Positions 51,694 through 60,215 of a DNA stretch of 64,000 nt are shown piece by piece (within the stretch, counting starts at the first letter, position 1; each line of letters opens with the position of its first letter). Source of the DNA: Prevotella sp. GTDB taxonomy: Bacteria > Bacteroidota > Bacteroidia > Bacteroidales > Bacteroidaceae. The notes beneath the pieces are model-generated. The model was given only the letters and a program-made list of their open reading frames with translations. It ran no database searches and was not told the DNA's origin. A program made the translations under genes and the position numbers. Location of the stretch: NCBI GenBank assembly GCA_017651265.1, contig JAGCDO010000001.1, forward strand, positions 4,442-68,441, written 5' to 3'.

Positions 51694-52269
51694 ATGATGG
51701 ATGAGAAGCCGATATACGATGAGGGGGCGCTGAACGATCAGGACACCACTCCCTGGTATGGCGTACAGCTGTTTGGCTTGCGCCAGAAAGAGATGACTGA
51801 CTATCTCACGGAGAAGGGGGTGGAGAGTTTCGTTCCCATGCAGAACGTGGACTTCATCGACCGTGAGGGGAAGCGCAGGCATGAGCTGCGCCCTGTCGTC
51901 TCGAACCTGCTGTTCATCAAGAAGCAGATGGACGACAAGGAGTTACAGTCGCTTCTCGAAGACCGTTACCAAGGACATTTCTATATCATCCGCAAGAGTC
52001 GTGGTAGCATCGTATTCTACCAGATTCCCGCACGACAGATGCAGGAGTTCATGATTATGTGTAATCCTGACCTCCTCATGAAGAAGTTCCTCAGCGAAAG
52101 CGAAGCCAAACTAAAGAAAGGCGACCGTGTGGTGGTGACACACGGTCCGCTGAAAGGCTTGTCGGGTCGACTGGTTCGGTCGAGCGGCAAGTACTACCTT
52201 CTGAAAGAGATTCCCGGCATGGCCGTGATGATGAAGGTAACCCGTTGGTGCTGTCAGAAGGCGGAATAA
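51694..52269 (+). CDS. UpxY-family (NusG-like) transcription antiterminator
   Basis: 191 aa. NGN-like WYGVQLFGLRQKEMTDYLTEKGVESFVPMQ...RPVVSNLLFI and the KOW motif KKGDRVVVTHGPLKGLSGRLV. Confidence 0.75.
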   Translation: MMDEKPIYDEGALNDQDTTPWYGVQLFGLRQKEMTDYLTEKGVESFVPMQNVDFIDREGKRRHELRPVVSNLLFIKKQMDDKELQSLLEDRYQGHFYIIRKSRGSIVFYQIPARQMQEFMIMCNPDLLMKKFLSESEAKLKKGDRVVVTHGPLKGLSGRLVRSSGKYYLLKEIPGMAVMMKVTRWCCQKAE

Positions 52270-52271
52270 AT

Positions 52272-54722
52272 TTATTCCACCCTGCTCTCTGAGAAATAAT
52301 ATTCGCGCAACGGTTTACTAACCGCCTTTCCCGTCAAGGTTACTATCTCCTGCAGACGGATATCCGTTGATGATGCCCCTACCTTAATGATATAGGTACC
52401 GGGGAGGATATTCCATTGGCGCTGCTGTTCATGACTATAGAAGCCCAGTTGCTCGGTATAGAGCTTCACCTTCACCGTCTTGGTCTGCCCTGGTTCCAAC
52501 GCTACTCTGGCAAAGCCCTGCAGTTGGATGGGACGGATAGACTGGTCGGCTGTTGAAGGCGACAGATATACCTGCGTAATCTCGTCGGCCTTCATCTTTC
52601 CTGTATTCGTCACTTCGAACGAAAGGTTCACCTCCTTGGCGGTTGTCTTCACCTCTTTATCCACCTTCAGATTCTTATATTCGAATGTTGTATAGCTCAA
52701 TCCGTAGCCAAACGGCCACTGAATGAGTGAGGAGTTTGGAGTGTGGAGTGTGGAGTGAGAAACAAGAGATGAAGGATTGTTATAACAGATGGGGGTATTG
52801 ATCTCGGTATTCGGATAGCTCACAGAGAGCTTGGCCGACGGAGATACCTTACCAAAGAGGATATCAGCCACGGCATTACCACCCTCCTCACCAGGATACC
52901 AGGCTTGGATGACTGCCGCACATTTCTCGGCAATACCAGAAATAACCTGTGCCCTACCGCCGAATACCACCAACACCACAGGCTTACCTGTTGCCAGCAA
53001 CTCGTTGACATACTGTTCCTGCTTACCCGGCAGACGGAGTCCTTGGCGGTCGCGGTTCTCTCCGCAGAGCATCACGTTCTCGCCCACCGCAGCAATGATT
53101 ACATCTGCCTGTTGGGCCAATCGGAGAGCCTCAGCCTTATCGGCTTTCTCGCCTGAATTGACCTTACGGTGCAGGATATCATAGTCCCAGGCACGCTCAT
53201 CACCGCCTTTGTTGAAGATGGTTTCGATCTCTTCGGTCCAGTCGCAGCCGCGGGAGTATGAGAGGATGGGGTTGGTGGGATCACTAGGCTTGATGGGCGA
53301 AGTGGAGTTTAGATAGTTGTTCATTCCTTCGAGGAGCGTGACGACATGCGGCTGGTCCATCTTGTCGACATCCTCCAACATCTTCCAGAAATACGACATG
53401 GCAGGATAACTGTAGTCGCCGCACATGGCCCACATGGAGTTGGCGTTGGGTCCTGTAAGGAAGATTCTCAAAGTTGACAGTTGAGAGTTGACAGTTGACA
53501 ATTGAGAGTTGAGAGGAGAGAGAGGCAGAATACCGTTGTTCTCAAGCAATACGATGGATTGCGTGGCGATATCGTAAGCCGTCTGGCGCTCCTCGGGAGT
53601 ATCGAGTTGGATTTGTTCTGTGGTATACAGATAGGGATCCTTATCGAACAGACCAGCACGGAACTTATACTTGAGCACGTTCTTCACAGCACGTTCCAAT
53701 GTCTCAGGCTTCACCAGTCCTTTATCAATGGCCTCCTGCAGATACTTGTAGTTGGCACCATGCGGGAAATCAACATCGCAGCCCCCATTGATGGCAGCTG
53801 CCGCCTTCTCTACCGGACTCTGCAAACCAGGAATCTGGTCGATAGCGGTATAGTCGCTCACCACCATTCCGTCGAAGCCGAGATAGTCGCGAAGGATATC
53901 TTTGAGAATCTTACCGTTGGTCACACAGTTCACGGTGTCGCCCTTTTCATCAAGCATGGCATGATAGCCAGGCATCACGGCCTTACTATCTGTAAGACGG
54001 ATCATGGTTTCGTGGGGCATCAGGATCTCTTCCATGAGTTCCTTCTCCTTGGCATCACCTCCGCCACCATAACCCAGGTAATGTTTGGAGCAGGTACCTA
54101 CCCCTTTCTTGAGGTCGCCTTGCTGCAAGCCTTTGACAAACGCTGTGCCCATGGCAGCAGACAGGTAGCCATCCTCACCGTACGATTCCTCCAATCGGTT
54201 AAAGCTCGGTGTGCGACACACATCGACCATCGGCGAAAGCGACAACACACCACCCATCTTACGCATGGCAATACCCGTTTGAAGGGTCTTCAGTTCCGCC
54301 AGTTCGGTATTGAACGAACAAGCCTGTCCGATCTGCTGGGGATAGATGGTAGCACCCAAGGTGTTCACACCCGACAGCACCTCTTCGTGGAACAAGGCCG
54401 GAATACCATTGGGCGTATGATTCATCAGCCAGTCCTGGACGGCAGCCACACGGTCGCGCAGCACATTGGGATCCATAGGTTTCTGACTGGCAAACTGTGA
54501 GAAGTGTCCGATGCCGTTTGGAATCAGCTGTCGGCACTTCGTGGTGTCAAGCTTTCCCTGCTCATCGAAGAGGTCGTCCATATACATACTTCTCAACTGG
54601 GCAATTCGCTCCTCCTGCGACATCCTGTCGTAGAGCTTGTCAACCTGATTATCTATTTCCGAGGTTTTAGTAGTACAACCTACCAATAGTGCAATGGCAC
54701 ATATAACCGTTAGTCTTTTCAT
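52272..54722 (-). CDS. Glycoside hydrolase family 3 beta-glucosidase/xylosidase-type lipoprotein
   Basis: 816 aa. Lipoprotein signal MKRLTVICAIALLVGC. GFDGMVVSDY (nucleophile Asp region), KHYLGYGG, and the C-terminal FGYGLSYTTFEY. It carries two in-frame heptamer-derived inserts. Confidence 0.9.
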   Translation of the reverse strand: MKRLTVICAIALLVGCTTKTSEIDNQVDKLYDRMSQEERIAQLRSMYMDDLFDEQGKLDTTKCRQLIPNGIGHFSQFASQKPMDPNVLRDRVAAVQDWLMNHTPNGIPALFHEEVLSGVNTLGATIYPQQIGQACSFNTELAELKTLQTGIAMRKMGGVLSLSPMVDVCRTPSFNRLEESYGEDGYLSAAMGTAFVKGLQQGDLKKGVGTCSKHYLGYGGGGDAKEKELMEEILMPHETMIRLTDSKAVMPGYHAMLDEKGDTVNCVTNGKILKDILRDYLGFDGMVVSDYTAIDQIPGLQSPVEKAAAAINGGCDVDFPHGANYKYLQEAIDKGLVKPETLERAVKNVLKYKFRAGLFDKDPYLYTTEQIQLDTPEERQTAYDIATQSIVLLENNGILPLSPLNSQLSTVNSQLSTLRIFLTGPNANSMWAMCGDYSYPAMSYFWKMLEDVDKMDQPHVVTLLEGMNNYLNSTSPIKPSDPTNPILSYSRGCDWTEEIETIFNKGGDERAWDYDILHRKVNSGEKADKAEALRLAQQADVIIAAVGENVMLCGENRDRQGLRLPGKQEQYVNELLATGKPVVLVVFGGRAQVISGIAEKCAAVIQAWYPGEEGGNAVADILFGKVSPSAKLSVSYPNTEINTPICYNNPSSLVSHSTLHTPNSSLIQWPFGYGLSYTTFEYKNLKVDKEVKTTAKEVNLSFEVTNTGKMKADEITQVYLSPSTADQSIRPIQLQGFARVALEPGQTKTVKVKLYTEQLGFYSHEQQRQWNILPGTYIIKVGASSTDIRLQEIVTLTGKAVSKPLREYYFSESRVE
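52725..52759. repeat. GAGTGTG/GAGTGAG heptamer run inside the GH3 CDS
   Basis: gagtgag gagtttg gagtgtg gagtgtg gagtgag, encoding ..SLVSHSTLHTPNSS.. just before the conserved WPFGYGLSYT. Confidence 0.75.
53472..53513. repeat. Six tandem heptamers (AGTTGAC/AGTTGAG, 42 nt) inside the GH3 CDS
   Basis: agttgac agttgag agttgac agttgac aattgag agttgag, encoding LNSQLSTVNSQLST between ..NNGILPL and ..RIFLTGPNA. Confidence 0.8.
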
Positions 54723-54752
54723 ACGATGTGATCATGATTTGGTTTTAGAAGG

Positions 54753-54784
54753 CAAAAATAAGCATAATCTGGGAGAATGCCAAA
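54753..54784 (-). promoter_or_regulatory. Bacteroidota-type promoter (TTTG-N20-TATTTTTG) for GH3
   Basis: Plus strand reads CAAAAATA at 54753-54760 and CAAA at 54781-54784, with a 20-nt spacer containing TGGGAGAATGC. Confidence 0.5.
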
Positions 54785-54829
54785 GAAACGGACAAAAAAC
54801 TCCCTTTTTCTGGAATTATGCCAGGATTA

Positions 54830-54861
54830 TTTGGTAATTCCTGTCAGATTATGTATCTTTG
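54830..54861 (+). promoter_or_regulatory. Bacteroidota-type promoter (TTTG-N20-TATCTTTG) for GH43
   Basis: TTTG at 54830-54833 and TATCTTTG at 54854-54861, with a 20-nt spacer. It lies inside the listed ORF extension, which supports the ATG at 54890 as the true start. Confidence 0.5.
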
Positions 54862-54889
54862 TCAAGCAATTAAAACATCAAGTATTAAC

Positions 54890-56635
54890 ATGAAACGTAT
54901 TATTCTATCTATCACTATTTTACTTTTGCAGATCCATGCGGTCTCCTTACATGCCCAAAGCATAGCCAAGAATTACAAAGCAGATAACAACAACAATCCC
55001 ATCAGTGCCAGTGTGTTCTGTGCCGATCCTACGGCTTTGGACTATAACGGACGATTGTACGTCTATGGTTCCAATGACCACCAGCAGTTCATCAAGAACA
55101 ACAAGAAAGACGGGAATGGCTATGGGGATATCAAGTCGTTGGTGGTATTGTCAACCGATGACATGGTGAACTGGACCTTCCATGGAACGATTGACGTGCA
55201 GAAGATCTGTTCGAAATGGACGGGTAACCCATGGTACAAAGGCTTTATGAACTCATGGGCACCATCGGTGACCTGGCGCACCACCGAGGATGGCAAGGAG
55301 GAGTTCTTCCTGTACTTTGCCAATACCAGTCATGGTGTGGGTGTATTGAAGGCCGATTCACCGATTGGTCCGTGGACATCACCACTGAACCATTCCATGA
55401 TTAACCGGGATACCCCAGGCGTGCTTCCCTGTTCATGGATCTTCGACCCCGGTGTGGTGATTGATGAAAACGGTACGGGATGGATCTCCTTCGGTGGTGG
55501 CGATCCCAATGAACAAGGTAATACCCTACAGCCCAACAACGCCCTCTTTGCCAAGCTCGATGCGTCAATGACGGCTCTTGATGGCAAGCCCGCCAGGATT
55601 CCTGCACCCTATCACTTCGAGGCCAGCGAACTGAACATCATGAACGGTAAGTTCGTCTATACCTATTGCTCTTCGTGGGCGGAACGCAAGGATGCCGAAT
55701 GGAACACATACAAGCAAGAACAGAACATCAAAATCGGTAAACCCAACACCTGTACGATGTGCTATATGGTATCCGACGATCCGATGAATCCCGACTCTTG
55801 GGAATATAAAGGCGTTTGCGGAAAGCATCCCGGATTCCCCTCGCCCAACAACCATTCCCATCTGCACAAGTTCCAGGGCAACTATTACTATCTCTACCAT
55901 TGGGCTCCCCTGATGAAGAGTATGCAGGACGGGAAAGCCATCGACAGCAGTTGCGACGGCTACCGCTCCATCTGCGTCAATATGGCTACGGTAGATGAGG
56001 GAACGCAGAAAATCAGTTCGGTCAATCAGAACCTTACCGGTGTCACCGCTATCAAGAACCTGAACCCCTACGATCTGCAGCAAGCTGAGACAACAGCCAA
56101 CAGCGGCGGGGTGATGTACGAGGACTACAAAAACATCGAAAAGGATACAAAGATCAGTGCTCTCGGTAATGATGCTTCCAGAAACCTGCAGGTAGCCATG
56201 AAACCAGGTGCTTGGACCATGGTACGCAATGCCGACTTCGGTGAAGCGGGAGCACAATCGTTCAAGTTCACTGCTCAGGGAACCGGTACTTTGGAGATCC
56301 GTCTCGACAAGAAGACCGCGGAGCCAGCTGCCACCATCGCGTTCTCTTCTACTTCCATGGAAGAGCATGACACGAACATTGATCCTACTCCATTCAAAGG
56401 TGTTCATGATGTCTATTTCGTCTTCACCACTGCCGAGAAGGTGCAGTTCGATGCCTGGCAGTTCAGTGCAGAGCAGACCACCGGCATTCAGCAGGTTGTT
56501 CCTACACAGTCATCTGACAGTAAGTTGTACGATCTCTCCGGTCGCCGCATCAACAACAACACCTCAAAGGGCATTGTTATTGAGCAAAGCACGGATGTGA
56601 ACGGTAAGAAACAAAGTAGGAAGATTCTTCGCTAG
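54890..56635 (+). CDS. Secreted GH43-family glycosidase with a CBM6-like module and a T9SS C-terminal sorting domain
   Basis: Signal peptide MKRIILSITILLLQIHAVSLHA. GH43-like CADPTALDYNGRLYVYGSND and NSWAPSV. A CBM-like segment follows (QAETTANSGGV..GAWTMVRNADFG). The tail KLYDLSGRRINNNTSKGIVIEQSTDVNGKKQSRKILR is T9SS type. Confidence 0.8.
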   Translation: MKRIILSITILLLQIHAVSLHAQSIAKNYKADNNNNPISASVFCADPTALDYNGRLYVYGSNDHQQFIKNNKKDGNGYGDIKSLVVLSTDDMVNWTFHGTIDVQKICSKWTGNPWYKGFMNSWAPSVTWRTTEDGKEEFFLYFANTSHGVGVLKADSPIGPWTSPLNHSMINRDTPGVLPCSWIFDPGVVIDENGTGWISFGGGDPNEQGNTLQPNNALFAKLDASMTALDGKPARIPAPYHFEASELNIMNGKFVYTYCSSWAERKDAEWNTYKQEQNIKIGKPNTCTMCYMVSDDPMNPDSWEYKGVCGKHPGFPSPNNHSHLHKFQGNYYYLYHWAPLMKSMQDGKAIDSSCDGYRSICVNMATVDEGTQKISSVNQNLTGVTAIKNLNPYDLQQAETTANSGGVMYEDYKNIEKDTKISALGNDASRNLQVAMKPGAWTMVRNADFGEAGAQSFKFTAQGTGTLEIRLDKKTAEPAATIAFSSTSMEEHDTNIDPTPFKGVHDVYFVFTTAEKVQFDAWQFSAEQTTGIQQVVPTQSSDSKLYDLSGRRINNNTSKGIVIEQSTDVNGKKQSRKILR

Positions 56636-56762
56636 GCAAAGTACTCCATGACACCATGGCTCTTATCAATTGTGTCGCCATATCAGAGACAAGTTCCGCC
56701 TGCCTTGAAGGTAGTGGGAAATAGAAAGAGATTGATGACGAAACTATAATGTTTATGAAATC

Positions 56763-57887
56763 TTAATTATTGTATTTTTTGCCGTTTTTGATGACCAAAC
56801 CCTTATAGGATGTATTCACTTTCTGACCAGCAAGGTTATATATAGTCTTTTCAGATTTCTGAGCTGCATGCACAGTTGTAATGGCTGTTTCTTTGGTCTT
56901 ACTCTCATATATTTCATATATTTCGATACTCTTAACAACGGTGGTTCCTACAACCCAACCGGTTTGTAGAAAGACACTACATTCTTCCAAACCATCTACG
57001 ACATCGGATTCTCCTGCAAAAGCAGTGAATAGGACATCTATTACTTGGAAGTCATCACTGGCTGGTACAGGAATTTGACACACGAAATTGGTATTAATGG
57101 TACCCATAATTATCTGATATATCCCGTCGGAAGGGACTTTCAAAGTTAAGCGAACAACATAATCGTGATTCTGTTCAAGTAAAAAGCCACCAGCTATGCA
57201 AGTTTGGGGGTGGTAGCATACTTCCTGTTTCTGAGGATTGGAAATGGCTAAGCCTTCTTCTGTTGATACCCATATTCCTTCTGGGGCATCATACACAATA
57301 TAAGGAACACCAGACCAATCCTTTTCAAAAATCAAAGGAGATTCTGGTTTGCTGTCACCTAAAGTATTTTCGAATACCTCCACCTCTTTAAGAAGTGTGG
57401 TACCATTAACCCACTGGGTTTTTATTACGACATGACCATCCCCACCTACATTTTTCGCGAACTCAGGAAAATCAACATCAATCACCTGGAAGTCGTCTCC
57501 TCCTCTTACAAGAACTTCATTTTCGATATAGTTTTCCCAACTACCAATTTGTACTTTATACGCGCCTTTGTCTTTATTCGTAGATTTATGAGGAATCTTA
57601 ACAGTCAGACGAACGACATAATTGTGTTTATTCTGAAAAGAAAGGCAGTCATCGGTAAGAACCATCATGGATTTCCAAATCCGATGATCCCACGGACTTG
57701 GATTGGTAAGAGCTAAACCTTCTGGGGTCGTTTCAACAATTAATGGATTGTCTCCTGTAGGCATATAATTAGGAGCAGTTCCCTCATAGTTCACCTTAAG
57801 AAGCGAAACCCATCCTTCACTCGAAACCTGAGCATTTATGCTCAAAGATACTAAAAGAGCTGCAAAGCAGAGTAAAAGATTCTTCAT
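56763..57887 (-). CDS. Secreted protein with two tandem ~170-aa beta-rich (CBM-like) repeats and a T9SS C-terminal sorting domain
   Basis: Signal peptide MKNLLLCFAALLVSLSINAQ. Internal duplication: ..HNYVVRLTVKIP..DDFQVIDVDF..VNGTTLLKEVEVFE matches ..HDYVVRLTLKVP..DDFQVIDVLF..VVGTTVVKSIEIYE. The tail is TIYNLAGQKVNTSYKGLVIKNGKKY. Confidence 0.65.
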   Translation of the reverse strand: MKNLLLCFAALLVSLSINAQVSSEGWVSLLKVNYEGTAPNYMPTGDNPLIVETTPEGLALTNPSPWDHRIWKSMMVLTDDCLSFQNKHNYVVRLTVKIPHKSTNKDKGAYKVQIGSWENYIENEVLVRGGDDFQVIDVDFPEFAKNVGGDGHVVIKTQWVNGTTLLKEVEVFENTLGDSKPESPLIFEKDWSGVPYIVYDAPEGIWVSTEEGLAISNPQKQEVCYHPQTCIAGGFLLEQNHDYVVRLTLKVPSDGIYQIIMGTINTNFVCQIPVPASDDFQVIDVLFTAFAGESDVVDGLEECSVFLQTGWVVGTTVVKSIEIYEIYESKTKETAITTVHAAQKSEKTIYNLAGQKVNTSYKGLVIKNGKKYNN

Positions 57888-57961
57888 AATTCAATATTTC
57901 TTTAAAGTTTTAAATAATTAGAGACGGGAACAAAGACTCCAACACATAGGTAATTGTCGTG

Positions 57962-58324
57962 CTATACCACTTTCATCTTACCGTTTTTGAAACGGAAAAT
58001 GTAATAACCGTCATCAACAAGAACTCCTTGAAAATACTGTTGATAACGCTCGAAACGCATGCCGTAATCCGTTTCTTGAAATCTGTCGAGGGCAAAGCTG
58101 TCGGTTTTACATTTTATACATGTACTATTAAAGAAGTCAACAGCTGTTGCTGGAATATTGGGATCTGTCGCTGCATATCTAACTGATTTAATCCTCCCGT
58201 TACTGTTCTTCTCAACCATGGTAAAATCAGGTTGAGACAAATTCGAATGTCCATCATTCATTCTGAATTGTGCATGTATTGATAAAGCCATCATCAAGAA
58301 AAAAAGGATAGAATTCTTTTTCAT
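57962..58324 (-). CDS. Small secreted protein resembling a protease propeptide (FTP/PepSY-like); possibly a truncated gene
   Basis: 120 aa from the ATG at 58324 (MKKNSILFFLMMALSIHAQ..). ..FALDRFQETDYGMRFERYQQYFQGVLVDDG.. resembles N-terminal propeptides of secreted metalloproteases. The ORF part upstream of 58324 is repeat-derived. Confidence 0.35.
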   Translation of the reverse strand: MKKNSILFFLMMALSIHAQFRMNDGHSNLSQPDFTMVEKNSNGRIKSVRYAATDPNIPATAVDFFNSTCIKCKTDSFALDRFQETDYGMRFERYQQYFQGVLVDDGYYIFRFKNGKMKVV

Positions 58325-58490
58325 ATTCAGCATTATTAATAATCTCTCTGCAAATATAAAAAAAAAAGGATTACCTTCCCCCAAAAAAGAACTTTTTTTT
58401 TCTTTTCGGATCAAAGCACAGATGTAAACGGGAAGAAACAAAGCAGGAAGATTCTTCGTTAAGAAGATTTTCAAGCATTGAAACAGAATG

Positions 58491-58644
58491 TTCCCAACAT
58501 GGGAACAAAATATTCCCAACATGGGAACAAAGTATTCCCAACGTGGGAACAAAGTGTTTCTGACGTATAAACAAAGTGTTTGTAGCGTATAAACAAAGTG
58601 TTTGTAGCGTGTAAACAGAGTGTTCGTAGCCTAAAAACACTTTT
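58491..58644. repeat. Seven head-to-tail 22-bp units with internal dyad symmetry
   Basis: ttcccaacatgggaacaaaata / ttcccaacatgggaacaaagta / ttcccaacgtgggaacaaagtg / tttctgacgtataaacaaagtg / tttgtagcgtataaacaaagtg / tttgtagcgtgtaaacagagtg / ttcgtagcctaaaaacactttt. Confidence 0.85.
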
Positions 58645-58648
58645 GAAC

Positions 58649-58683
58649 AAAATAGAGACGCCACAAATGTGGCGTCTCTATTG
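58649..58683 (-). terminator. Rho-independent terminator after the sigma/anti-sigma/lipoprotein operon
   Basis: A 12-bp perfect stem TAGAGACGCCAC (58653-58664) / GTGGCGTCTCTA (58669-58680) is followed on the minus strand by TTTTG. It lies 20 nt after the stop at 58703. Confidence 0.8.
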
Positions 58684-58702
58684 ATACATGATGTGGTATC
58701 TT

Positions 58703-59785
58703 TTACCGACGACGTTTGGAAATCAGGAAGCTGCCGATGGCGATGAGGATAACAAGAAGTGTTAAGATGTAGGCCCAGATATGGGTGACATGCGAGGTGG
58801 CAGTGATGACATAGTCTTGTGGAATGAGTCGCTCACCGGTGAAGGGATAGAAGACCGTTCCGTCGGGTTGCAGCGTTCCATTGCCTGTGTCGGTGACCTT
58901 TCCTGGCATCGTGAGGGTGTAGGGTACGTTGAACCATAAGATGTTCAGACTGTTAGTAAGCTCCTTGTTCAGTTCCTTTCCGCAAGGTGTCTCGTCATCG
59001 AAGAAGATGGCATAGGCATCTGAGTGGAAGAACGACTGCATGACTTCTTGGGGATTGACATCGAGGATGTCTTTCTGACCTTTCAACACATGGTGAGCCA
59101 AAGAGTCACGAAGTTCCACGAAGCGCTCACGACTGACGGGCGGATTGGCAATGGAGTCGTAGTGACTGACGATAAAGTCGAAACTGGTCTGAAAGAGATT
59201 ATCGTTGAGCCATTTGTTCACGAAGGGCTCCATCCCCTCAATCTTCTGTAAAGCCTCGGCACCGCTCATTCCTTCAACCATATTCGGCTGACCTGTGAAC
59301 CAATAGCTGACGATGTCCTTGTCGGCATAGTTCGTGGGAGCAATCTTGAAGGTGTCGCCCACGCAGTAGAATACCTCAGTGTAGGTGTATTCGGTATAGA
59401 ACCAGCGGAAATGTTTCTCCACTTTGGCCGTTGAGCGCAGACGGGTACCGTTGAGTAGCAAGGGAGTTTCTTTGCACATATCTTCCGGGGTGCGGAACGG
59501 ACGGGAGAAGGTAGTGGTAACCGTGTCGCCTTCCATCTCGGTATGTGTTCCCATGAAAGCTCTTTGGTTCAGGCAGGAGGGAATGGGCTGGGCCAACACC
59601 GCTCCTTCGCCTTGCATCATGGAATCACGTTCTTCCTTCGACATGATGGTACTGTAACTGATCTCACGTTCACAACTGCCATCCTTGTTGACGATGGTAT
59701 GCATCTTCACGTTGGCATCTTCCTGACAGGATGTAAGAAGCAGGACTGCTCCTAATACGATTCCGAAATAACTACTTGTTTTCAT
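58703..59785 (-). CDS. Hypothetical lipoprotein with a C-terminal TM anchor
   Basis: 360 aa. Lipobox LLLTSC, a C-terminal hydrophobic helix and KRRR. No family recognised. It overlaps the upstream anti-sigma-like gene by 14 nt. Confidence 0.6.
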   Translation of the reverse strand: MKTSSYFGIVLGAVLLLTSCQEDANVKMHTIVNKDGSCEREISYSTIMSKEERDSMMQGEGAVLAQPIPSCLNQRAFMGTHTEMEGDTVTTTFSRPFRTPEDMCKETPLLLNGTRLRSTAKVEKHFRWFYTEYTYTEVFYCVGDTFKIAPTNYADKDIVSYWFTGQPNMVEGMSGAEALQKIEGMEPFVNKWLNDNLFQTSFDFIVSHYDSIANPPVSRERFVELRDSLAHHVLKGQKDILDVNPQEVMQSFFHSDAYAIFFDDETPCGKELNKELTNSLNILWFNVPYTLTMPGKVTDTGNGTLQPDGTVFYPFTGERLIPQDYVITATSHVTHIWAYILTLLVILIAIGSFLISKRRR

Positions 59786-60215
59786 AACGCATTTGTCTTA
59801 ATTGGGTGTAACTGATGAGTTGATCTCGTTGCTGACGGCTTGTGTACACATCCTTTAGGGTGCTGCCAGATGAGAAATGAGAGATATGATGAGGTACTTC
59901 ATTCGATGGGATATCCGGTGCTGATACGGAACTCTGCTGATAGAAGAACAATCCGACGAGCCAGATGGCTGCGATGGACGAGATAACACGCAGGGTGATC
60001 AGGATGGCAGATGGTTTCTTATTCCGTTTTGCCATGATGGCATCGTATTCAGCCTCTCCGAGAGTCAGTTCGCCAAGCATCATACGAACGGCTTGCCACT
60101 CTTCAGATGGATCCTGACACTGTTGGATAGCCAGAGCCAGTTGGTTCTCTTCCGCTGGCGATGTCTCGCCTGCAAGATACTTATCGATGAGTTTCTGTAT
60201 GTCCTTGTTTGTCAT
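59772..60215 (-). CDS. Small single-pass membrane protein, probable anti-sigma factor
   Basis: 147 aa. It is translationally coupled (4-nt overlap) to the ECF sigma gene. It has an N-terminal cytoplasmic helix region and one TM segment (ILITLRVISSIAAIWLVGLFFY). Confidence 0.45.
   Translation of the reverse strand: MTNKDIQKLIDKYLAGETSPAEENQLALAIQQCQDPSEEWQAVRMMLGELTLGEAEYDAIMAKRNKKPSAILITLRVISSIAAIWLVGLFFYQQSSVSAPDIPSNEVPHHISHFSSGSTLKDVYTSRQQRDQLISYTQLRQMRYENK

Noticed and set aside
54818-54889. Upstream start for the GH43 gene as listed in the ORF track.
   Set aside because: A full-consensus promoter (54830-54861) lies inside this extension, and a canonical signal peptide begins at the ATG at 54890.
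58491-58644. The 22-bp repeat array considered as a CRISPR array. The heptamer arrays were considered the same way.
   Set aside because: The units are contiguous with no unique spacers. The repeats are far shorter than CRISPR repeats and diverge progressively. No cas genes are in the window.
58325-58664. ORF 58371-58664 and the upstream part of ORF 57962-58552.
   Set aside because: Both are translations of the 22-bp tandem array and a homopolymer-rich stretch. The credible signal peptide begins at the ATG at 58324.
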